Below, one piece after another: positions 22,122 through 33,500 of a stretch of DNA of 52,700 bases. How positions within the stretch are numbered: the first letter of the stretch is position 1; every line of letters starts with the position of its first letter. Made by a program: the position numbers and the translations under genes. The stretch is from Balanoglossus misakiensis (taxonomy: Eukaryota > Animalia > Hemichordata). The notes below the pieces were generated by a model. The model did no database searches, was not told where the DNA came from, and was given only the letters and a program-made list of their open reading frames with translations. The stretch covers positions 2,547,275-2,599,974 of the forward strand of contig CM082589.2 in assembly GCA_040954595.2 (NCBI GenBank), given 5' to 3'.

Positions 22122-25100
22122 TTATTGGGCAAACACTTTAATGCAGTCATTGATGCAGTCAACTACAGCCACTCTGCATGGGACATCATTGGTCAGTGTG
22201 ATACCATGTGGCCACTCAAGTCCATCCTCATCACTGTCAATGCGAGATATGAATCTGCCTCTGCTGTCGAACTTCACCACGCGTTTGTTTCCTCTGTCAC
22301 AGACATACACATATCCGTCTTCATCTGTCACCACTCCCCTAGGGAATTTCAGGCTGACATCTGCGCTGATGTTGCGTAATGAGTACAAAAACTCACAATC
22401 TGCATTGAACACCTGAACACGGTTATTGTTTATATCTGATACAAATGCTTCTCCTCGACTGTTGATATCCACATATACAGGTCCGAAGAATTCTCCCTCT
22501 TCAGTGCCATGTTTTCCAAAGGATTTGATGTGCTGACCTTGCTGTGTGTATTTCCTGACACAGTAACTACCTTCCTTGTCTGTGTCATCACCCTTTCCAT
22601 CATAGTCTGTGACATACACACTGCCATCTAGAGGACTGATACCAATTCCTTGGGCATATTTCAGTTCAGGTTTTCCGAAGTGTCTGAGTACTTGTCCATC
22701 CTCATCGCTTACAACTACTTGACTGTTGCCCCGATCAGTCATGAAGTATTCATCATCAGCTGATACTGACACATCCTTTGGTTGAAAGGGCTTCTCAAAC
22801 TGTGTGAATGTTAAACTTGATTTGTAATTTCCATCTCTGTCGGCTATGTGTAGCCTATTGTTATCTCTATCAGCTGTAACAAAGTCGCCGTGTTTATTAG
22901 TAGTTATCCCTAATGGTCTGTCAAGCTGACCTTTGCCTATTATCTTCACCAAGCCCTTGACAGAAATTACAAATGGTGATCCTGGTATCGGCTGATCACC
23001 AAGGGTTATGGCGACTTCATGTCTACCACCGACATCTGCGTGAATTCTCACACTGTGTGTACCATCTCTGTTGTCAACCACTCCAACGTCTACTTGTGAC
23101 CCATCTTCTTTACAGAACTTTGCTGTGATTGCTTTGTATGGAATGACTGGTTTTCCTCTTCTGTCTTCGATTCTGACAATGACGTCAGCAGACTCACCCC
23201 GGACGAGTCTTTTGGGAATATCCTCTACTCTACACTGGGATGCACTGATATCGAGTGTCAGAAATCCCAGCATTCCATGCTGCAGAGGGTCAGCAGAAGG
23301 ATGGAATTTGATTAACTCGGATTTTATGAACTGATTCACTTTATGAACAAATTCTTGAATGTGAAGCAGAGTTTGTTTCTTTGACGACATTAGGTGAGCA
23401 GAACTCCCATCATTCACCAGTGCGTCAATATAATCGCATGCCTTGGAAATATTTCCATGTTTTTCTTCCCAATCATCTACTTCAGTTTCGATGGTGTGTC
23501 TGATCATCTTGTATCCAAGTTTCATCTCTTCAACCAGTCTGAACTCTTCCCTCTTCACCATTTTTAGTATCTTCTTTGCTTTATTTCTCACTTTCTCCTC
23601 TTCCTCTTGACGATGTACTTCCAGGTCATCTTTGATACCCTCACCTCCAGTGTCACGTGACATGACGGCCTGTTCAGTTCCTCTCAACTTCACCACCATC
23701 TCTCTCAGTTGTTTTCTGTAATCATCAGCGGCAACTTGTATCTGTCTGTGGACATGGTCAGGAATAGGATGTGCAGTGATACACTCAGGACAGATGCATA
23801 CTTGACAGCTATCACAAAACAGATGTACTTCATTCTGTGTGTGAAAGCTGCAGTACACTTGACTTTGTTGTGATTTCTGACTTGATATTTCTTTCAAGTA
23901 TTTGTCAAGTGTGACGTCACTCTGACCTTTGACTGCTTCTGTGTCCTCATGGACAGTTATACAGGAAGAACAAAACTTGGCACTGCACTCTCTGCATCTA
24001 TGTAGCGATTCAGTTTCTTTGCAACCTTCACATTGACCTATTTCTAAATCTTCGGTTTTCTCTGTTTCTTTTGCAAAACTCGCCTTTAAAGAAAAAGTTG
24101 TGAAAAATATATATTATTAAACAATTTAAGGGACTGGTTTTCCTGATTAAAAATATTCTGACACTTTTTGGTATCATTGTCGAAGGCTTAAATTTATGAA
24201 AAAACGATCTCGAGAATCAAAGTATAATAAACACGTGACAAAAGCAGTATATTATATGCTGTACGTTATTAAAACAGTTTACTTGAACATACATGTATAG
24301 TGATTTCAACCCGATGATGTTCACGTAATGTACACCAAACTTTATATTCCATTGGAAATGATTATCTGGGTATTAAATGTTTACTTACTGTTGAGGGCGC
24401 ACCTCGTTTTGTTCTCTCACGAACTGCAATTTTTTCAGCTAGCTCTTTTTCAATCTGCAGTCGTTTGATTTCGGCTTGCTGAATTGATTCTGTCTGCTTC
24501 AGTTCAGCAATCTGTGCAGTGTTAATGTTGGCTTGCTTCTTGAGTTTTTCTAGCTGATCTTTGATTTCGTCTGTGTCTATTTCTAAGTCCTCAGTTTTGT
24601 GTGCTTCCTTTGCAATACTTGCCTATAAAGAAAATATTGTGATATTTGTATTATTAAACAATTTAAAAGTATTGATGCCAATAAAATGTCTCTCTTTTGT
24701 GGCAACACGCTTGAAGATAATTAGTCAAGTAAAAAAAACACGACAAATAGTTGCATTTGATAGTAAAATTTGCAATGCATAAATGACAAAATACGGTTAG
24801 TGTCATTTCAGTAGTTTTTGTTTTGTGTATGAACTAAAATACGCAATGAAACAGGGGTCACATAGCTTAAATTTAGTCAGTAAAGAAATGAAGTTTTCAC
24901 CAATGGTTTTTCTATTGGCGAACACATTCAACAAAGTTTATCTCCTAATTGAGCACGGTGACTATATTATTTTTTTGACCAGTGAATTTAATTTCATTTG
25001 GAAGAACTATGACTAAAACTTCATGAAAATGACAAAATCAGAAGCAATCAGACGATAAATATGTCTTAAAAAGCTTAAAAAGTGTGCACCTATACCTTAG

Positions 25101-27722
25101 CTTGGCGCCATGTTTTACTTTTAAATCCGTTACTATTTTACATACCGTCAGTCGATTGATTTCTTCTTCACATTCTGCCTTTGTGATTCGAAGATCCTTA
25201 ATCACATTTTGGTCTGCAGCATGCTTCAATGCCACGAGTTTCACCACAGCTTTACTGTAATTTAGGGCCACCTACAAAATATACATAATACATGCACCCT
25301 TTTATCAGACTTTGCTCATGTCAAGAATATAAGACTTGCAACAGGTTCGGATATAAATCGCTTGATTCTGTTGAGCGATAAATTTCTTCCACTCCATGGC
25401 GACACATCAGAGTCGAAATCGGTTGAACGGATGTAGGCCTTGGTCTACATTAAGAATGTCATTGTATGTATCGGTAAACTACATTTTTGTAAGTTGAGCG
25501 TCAACGTCTAATTCTTAAGTCTTTATAGACAGGTACATTACTACGATTGCATTCGGACTGGAATCCATATTATCATTAGTAAATAGTACTAGTCACAACC
25601 TAGGCGACTAAGGTCAACCTTATGACCCTGACAACCCATGAATGTTGATAACATATCGTTGGGTCAAAGGTGATTATTGATATTCTGAAACTGACCCCAC
25701 TTGAGTGATATGGGTCATGGATTCCCGAGTGGCCGAAAATATACTTTATAGAATAAACTTATAAAGGCATGGGAATCGCGTCAGTTGACTACGTGCACTT
25801 ACCAAAGACGTCGACACAAGTTTCATTTTCATATTTGCTGCATATTTCTGGTGCTCTGTCTTGAGTTCTGCTGCATATTTGGAAGATGTCTCCTTCTCTG
25901 TTTTGAGTTCCTTGATTCTGTGTTGTGATGCCTGGAGAAGAGACCTTCTGCCGAATTCTGATATTTCATTTAAAGTCGGCCAGACTGTTGACATCAAGTT
26001 CAGTACATCGATACAAGGAAATCTCAGTGTGATGGACTGCAATCTTCTGTTTCTTGCGTTCTCTGTGTGTAAACAAAATATTTAAATATCGGGATGCACA
26101 TATACCACAGCTACTATCACATTATACTCAGGGTACAGCAACAAGAAAATATAGCAAAATTAAATGGTGATATGGGAAATTATAAGCTATATTCGGGCAA
26201 AATTATTACTCGAATACGTGTGATGCCGCCAACTGCATAAAGGTATACATTTCGTGATAAGCTGTTTTGATTACAGGCATACAACATCTCATTTTATGTA
26301 ACGTCGATAAAATGCGTTTTAATTGATTACCTTTGAAATATTGTATTCCTATGTCCAACTGTAACTGGTCAACTTGAACAGCTATGTAGAATTCAACATT
26401 GGATGCTTTGTCTGCAATTAGTGCTTTGATTCTCGGTGATATCAGGATGTCACTCAATTCTTGCTCAACATCGCCATTTCTAAGTCCTTTTCTGAAGCAC
26501 TGGATACCATATATCTCAAAAGCTCGAAGTGCTAGGATAACAGATGATATCTTTATCCCCATCAGCTCTATGCGATACTGTTTAAGGGCTTTATACATCG
26601 CCTTGGACTTGTCAGGACATTCTCCTTTCTTGATTTCAGCGATTTCGTATTTGTATATCTCCTTTGCACTCTGGAATAATTCTAATTGTATCCATTGCTC
26701 TAATTGATCGCCGCGTTTTGCCAGATCTATGCTGACATCAAAATCTGAAATTGTAATGTTTTTGATGAGTTTCAATATACATGTATACAGAGTGAACTTT
26801 TAAAGTATGGACTAAAATCTAATTAATTATCTATCAAAAGTCTCATGTTACTCAGTCTGGCTGTAAAATTCAATGACGCATTACTGATCAAATACCGACT
26901 GATTGCTAGATAAAAACACACAGAGAATAAGGATGCGTTTACTGCTATTCGGGGATGAAGGAATGTCAATTACATTGTAACGGCTTACTAATTTTTGACC
27001 TCTCAATGCCCCAAATAATACAGAAGGTACTCACCAACGTAGGGCTGCATTTCTGATCCTGGCAGGTCAGTGACACTTGATCGCCTTCTTCTTTGCCCTT
27101 AAGTAAAATAAAATGTAAAAATGCATTGATAAAACTTACAAAGTATCGAAAACAGAGTTACTTGCCAATTTCTCCCGCTGATTTTCAAAACCGTTCCCCA
27201 AGTTTAAGTACAAGTACCTGACCAGTCCATAAATAAATGCATCACCAAATACCCCACAGGCAGAGTAGAGGACAAGGTGTTATCCTTCTGTAGTAAAATC
27301 ATTATTTTTTTAAACGGTAATAAAAGGGAAAGTTATTCACTTTTAAAATAGCTTGTATCTGTCCGTTTGAAGGAATCTGTAGCTGACGCCATAATGTGAT
27401 TGTTATAATGAGGTTCAGTATCCGTAAAAGACTCACCTAATGCGTTCGATTGAAAAGTTTCCACTTTCTTCTTTAGCTCTGGGAGTTTTAAAAGTCCCAT
27501 AAGATCAACCAATACCTCCACGTTCTCTTCGGACACATGACCACTTTCTTCCAATTTCTCAAAAACGTCCATAGCAGTTTCGGTTTTCTCAACTTCGGTT
27601 TTGGTCAGTTGGTTCCCTCTGATTAGCGACTTCATCAGCTTTACATTTTCCTTGCTTAGTTCTTGGTGTAAAGTTAGTAAGAGAATCCTGAGCGGCGGTA
27701 TTTTGGTTGACCTAGTCTCCAT
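22122..27722 (-). CDS. DED-TRADD-N-like-TRIM-NHL protein, copy 2, 1114 aa
   Basis: Exons 27722-27437, 27097-27035, 26744-26331, 26062-25803, 25271-25146, 24622-24389, 24083-22122. Same exon lengths and splice sites as copy 1. Confidence 0.85.
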
Positions 27723-29325
27723 GCTTATAAAATGGCGTCAACCAACCATAACCATACTCATCTAATCACAATTTTTGTGCATTTTTGCTGCACCTGAAAT
27801 AAAATTATACGCCATTTTGGTCGATAAGGACTGTTGAACTTTACAACAGAACAGGGCGGGAGCATTAACACGTAAACATAGTCAATGATTTATCGCAAAG
27901 GTCTGGGACTAATTGGAGAAATGAAATAACAACACGTTCTTGTAAATATATAACGATGCAGATGGGGGTGGGGGGGTGATGTTAGTCTAATGTAACTTCG
28001 TCGCCGCGAATTTGAAGATAGAAGGCCCGCAACATTACAAACTAGTGTTCCGAATAAACCATTAAATTTTGATTGGTATCAAAATCACTTAAGTCCCGAA
28101 TCCAGAATACATGAATGCTTCAGAAAAATCTGTCTATAAATCATTGCTAACTGCCAATATTTTAAAGTCATATATCCAAACTTATATTGGAATCTATGTA
28201 TCAGACGGCTAGTATAGTCCTTGTCAACATGACAAAGACTATACTGTACAGCCATAGGCATATCTACATTACTTGTTTGTCTGATTCTAAATGTACACCA
28301 GGTCGAAGTGTAGATTTAGTAACGAGCTTATTCGCCGACAAAGTTTATCAACTTGTGGCGTACTGGGCAGGTCGCCAGCTTTGGCTCCAGAAGTCGATAA
28401 ATTGGTGGGTCTCTCCTTATGTCTAAGGTATTATCAATAAATGTTAGCAGACACTAGTACGCGTTGCTTTATAACTTTATCAGTGAGACATGTCCTGACA
28501 CAAAAATGCATAGCTGAACTGCCAGTCTGCCGGTTGGCAACAGTGGAACTTGTATTAGACTAGGGGAGTAGGTTAAAATGGGCCACAATTTGAAACGGGG
28601 AGAGGTGTGGCGCAGAATTGTCTGTGTTCACACAGACCTGTACGCAGAGCTATAAGCAATGTAATAGTTGCTTTGGCTTGTAAGTAGATGAGGAGTGTTC
28701 ATTTTGTTTGGCAAATGAACTCCAACTTCGAGGTTGGCGCCATTTTTAACGTTGGAAATAACTTTCGTCTATTCATCTAATTACTGGCACAGGTCGCAGC
28801 GCCCGAGCCTGCAGTATGCGCAGATTTACGGCACGCCGAAGCCTTGACACTCGGGAAAGATTTTCTACCTTTGCTCTAATATCTGGGGTAGTTCGTCCTG
28901 TCATTGTTGTGTAGATTAGGTAAAGGTAACTATATTAAAATGTTGTGTGTTTAGATAAAAAGTGAAAATAAATAAACTCAGAATCTCCAAGTTAAAGGGG
29001 CGCGTGTAAGTCTTCGAAGTTTGTTGGAACACTTCTTCATAGTAACAGAGTGAATATGGGGACCGGACCGGGCAGTGGTCGGGGAGTCGATGCGTTCTCA
29101 AAGCGCCACCAATGTCTATTCCAAAGTATGCGGTATGCAGTAGAGTATGCGTTGAAAATCTAATAATGTGGTCAGAAACCGCACGACACTGAAATGTCCA
29201 ATTACTCCACGGGAAGTCACTCTTGACCCAGTAGTGGAAAAACCGACCGTGTGTGCAACTTAAGAATTTCACAGCTGAAATCAAGTTCACCAACGTCGAG
29301 TCATTCATAGAAGGATACGAGAGAG

Positions 29326-29386
29326 ATGAGACTGGAATTTCACTTCGCTTTTGTCACCGTTATTCTGTTGTTTCTCGTCCTTTTAG
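29326..29386 (+). pseudogene. Orphan duplicate of the signal-peptide exon 1 of the AChBP-like gene
   Basis: ATG...TTA G|GTGAG encodes MRLEFHFAFVTVILLFLVLL, a near copy of 36960-37020. It has no downstream exons of its own within unit 2. Confidence 0.65.
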
Positions 29387-30572
29387 GTGAGTACAATAGA
29401 ATTTCGTTGGGTATATTAGGAGAGTAAAATATTTGGCAAGAAGCATAAATTTCAAGCAATATTTCATAACTTTTTCCGCGCACATTTACAGGGTGGGTGT
29501 AGTCCCGTCTGCGGATATGCGTCCCCATACCACACAGTCGAGTGTCAAGTCAAACTATACAATGCGTTATTACTATTTATCACATTTCCAATTTACTTTG
29601 AAATGACATTTACATGTACGTTGACAGGGTCTCTCAATGCTGATGATGTGTTTATAAATGGAAAAGTCGCCCATGTGAAGTTCAGGCGACCATCTCCCTT
29701 TAAAGCGACCAGTCTGTCGTATCAGATCAAAAGTCACCAAGACTGCGCGTTTATTCCTTAGTAAACGCTCTGAGAAGTTACTCTTTTGATACATTCTGTT
29801 TTTTTGCGTTTGGTACATCAATCGGCACCAGTGCTAAAGAAAAACTGCATTAACACAAGCAAGCTTCTGAGTCATAACCTTCACACTGACTTCAATTAAC
29901 TCACAAGTCAACATATGTTTTTGATGTCCTTACACTTCAGAAAGCACTGCCTTGGCCATTTGACTAAAAACAAAGTACTTAGAAAAATCTATCGGTGAGC
30001 ATATCAAACAGTGATTACAAAATCATCTTGTCCTCGAACTTGAAAAGTCTCCAAGCATGAATTTAAATAAAACAAGAATATGTATGCAAATTTAACAAAC
30101 TCCCGAAAAGATAATCATTCTTTCGCACAAACAGGAATTTTGTGTAACGCGGTCAGCATCAGTACAGTACCACGTTACTCAAATTAGGGTCACCACATCC
30201 ACGGGAGATGGGCGTTTTATGTGAACTATAAACTTGATTGAAATAGCTGACGACGGAGTAATTTCTGTCATGCAAGACGCACGAAAGTAACATAAATGCA
30301 ACCACATTATAAAAAACAAAGGAATTATAATCTATACCCCAAGTTCAAATCGCTGTCAGGCATGAAACGTTTCCCAGTTTGTGATTTATAGGAAGTGAAT
30401 AACTCAGTCTTCAGTTTCATTGTTCCCTCGTGAGTTATTGTGGAACATTTTCACAATTTGACACCAGTTTCTATGCCTATTGTCCTTCATATTCATGACC
30501 CACTATTTGTGAAACTCTCACAATGTCTTTGATTTTTGTCACTTTCAGGATACACAACTTTTGCTGCTGTGT

Positions 30573-33500
30573 TTATTGGGCAAACACTTTAATGCAGTCA
30601 TTTTCATGGTCAACTACAGCCACTCTGCATGCCACATCATTGGTCAGTGTGATACCAGCTGGCCACTCAAGTCCATCCTCATCACTGTCAATGCGAGATA
30701 TGAATCTGCCTCTGCTGTCTAACTTCACCACGCGTTTGTTTCCTTTGTCACAGACATACACATATCCGTCTTTATCTGCCACTATTCCCCTTGGCCATTT
30801 CAGGCTGTCATCTGCGCTGATGTTTCCAAATGAGTATAAAAACTCACAGTCTGCACTGTAAACCTGAACACGGTAATTGTTCATATCTGATACAAATGCT
30901 TCTCCTCGACTGTTGATATCCACATATCCAGGTCCTTTGAATTCTCCCTCTTCAGTGCCATGCTTTCCAAAGGATTTGATGTGCTGACCTTGCTGTGTGT
31001 ATTTCCTGACACAGTGACTACCTTCCTTGTCTGTGTCACCAGCCTTTCCATCCCAGTCTGTGACATACACACTGCCATCTAGAGGACTGATAGCAATTCC
31101 TTGGGCATATTTCAGTTCAGGTTTTCCGAAGTGCCTGAGTACTTGTCCATCCTCATCGCTTACAACTACTTGATTGTTGCCGTCATCTGTCATGAAGTAT
31201 TCGTCATCAGCTGATACTGCCACTTTGTTTGGTAGAAAGGGCTTCTCAAACTGTGTGAACGTTAAACTTGATTTGTCATTTCCATCTCTGTCGGCTATGT
31301 ATACCCTATTGTTACCCCAGTCAGCTGTAACAAAGTCGCCGTGTTTATTAGTAGTTATCCCTACTGGCCTTCTAAGCTGACCTTTGCCTATTACCTTCAC
31401 CAAACCCTTGACAGAAATTACAAATGGTGATCCTGGTATCGGCTGATCACCAAGTGTTATGTTGACTTCATGTCTACCACCGACATCTGCGTGAATTCTC
31501 AGACTGTGTGTACCATCTCTGTTGTCAATAACTCCAATGTCTTTTTGTGACCCATCTTCTTTGCAGATCTTTGCTGTGATTGCTTTGTGTGGTGTGACTG
31601 GTTTCCCTCTTCTATCTTCGACTCTGACAATGACGTCAGCAGACTCACCCCTGACGAGTCTTGTGGGAATATCCTCTACTCTACACTGGGATGCACTGAT
31701 ATCTAATGTCAGTAATCCCAGCATTCCATGCTGCAGAGGGTCAGCAGAAGGATGGAATTTGATTAACTCGGATTTTATGAACTGATTCACTTTATGAACA
31801 AATTCATGAATGTGAAGCAGAGTTTGTTTCTTTGATGACATTAGGTGAGCAGAACTCCCATCAATCACCAGTGCTTCCATGTAATCGCATGCCTTGGAAA
31901 TATTTCCATGTTTTTCTTCCCAATCATCCACTTCAGTTTCGATGGTGTGTCTGATCATCTTGTATTCATCTTTCATCTCTTCAACCAGTCTGAACTCTTC
32001 CCTCTTCACCATTTTTATTATCTTCTTTGCTTTATTTCTCACTTTCTCCTCTTCCTCTCGATGATGTACTTCCAGGTCATCTTTGATATCCTCACCTCCA
32101 GTGTCACGTGACATGACGGCCTTTTCAGTTCCTCTCAACTTCGCCACCATCTCTCTCAGTTGTTTTCTGTAATCATCAGCGACATCGTGTATCTGTCTGT
32201 GGACATGGTCAGGAATAGGATGTGCAGTGATACACTCAGGACAGATGCATAGTTGACAGCTATCACAAAACAGATTTACTTCATTCTGTGTGTGAACGCT
32301 GCAGTATGCTTGACTTTGTTGTGATTGCTGACTTGATATTTCTTTCAAATATTTGTCGAGTGTGACGTCACTCTGACCTTTGACTGCTTCAGTGTCCTCG
32401 TGGACAGTTATACAGGAAGAACAAAACTTGGCATTGCACTCTCTGCATCCATGTAGCGATTCAGTTTCTTTGCAACCTTCACATTGACCTATTTCTAAAT
32501 CTTCGGTTTTCTCTGTTTCTTTTGCAAAACTCGCCTTTAAAGAAAAAGTTGTGAAAAATATATATTATTAAACAATTTAAGGGAGTGGTATTCCTGATTA
32601 AAAATATTCATGACACTTTTTGGTATCATTGTCGAAGGATTAAACTTATGAAAAACGATCTCGAGAATCAAAGTATAATAAACACGTGACAAAAGCAGTA
32701 TATTATATGCTGTATGTTATTAAAACAGTTTACTTGAACATACATGTATAGTGATTTCAACCCGATGATGTTCACGTAATGTACACCAAACTTTATATTC
32801 CACTGGAAATGGTTATCTGGGTATTAAATGTTTACTTACTGTTGAGGGCGCACCTTGTTTTGTTCTCTCACGAACTGCAATTTTTTCAGCTAGCTCTTTT
32901 TCAACCTGCAGTCGTTTGATCTCGGCTTGCTGCATTGATTCTGTCAGCTTCAGATCAGCAATCTCTGCAGTGTAAATGTTGGCTTGCTTCTTGAGTTTCT
33001 CTAGCTGATCTTTGACTTCGTCTGTGTCTATGTCTAAGTCCTCAGTTTTGTGTGCTTCCTGTGCAATAATTGCCTATAAAGAAAAGATTGTGATATTTGT
33101 ATTATTAAACAATTTAAAAGTATTCATGCCAATAAAATGTTTCTCTTTTGTGGCAACACGCTTGAAAATTATTAAAGTAAATAATGTTTTTTCTATCGGT
33201 GAACACATTCACCAAAGTTTATCTCCTAATTGAGCACGGTGACCATATGATTTTTTGGACCAGTGAATTTAATTTCATGGGAAGAACTATGAGTATAACT
33301 TCATAAAAAGACAAAATAAGAAGCTTTCTGGCATTTCTCAATTTAATCCCATTGGCTTACATATGACCGTCCCGTGTTTCGATTTTTCAATCAGACGATA
33401 AATATGTCTTTAAAAGCTTAAAAGTGTGCACCTATACCTTAGCTTGGTGCCAAGTTTTACTTTTAAATCCGTGGCTATTTTACATACCGTCAGTCGATTG

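Noticed and set aside
14195-30432. Units 1 and 2 as a pure assembly artefact (uncollapsed alleles)
   Set aside because: Both junctions join the TRIM 3'UTR to AChBP intron-1 sequence and carry their own substitutions, and unit 1 has a private deletion/insertion. This fits real tandem duplication, though long reads are needed to exclude an artefact fully.
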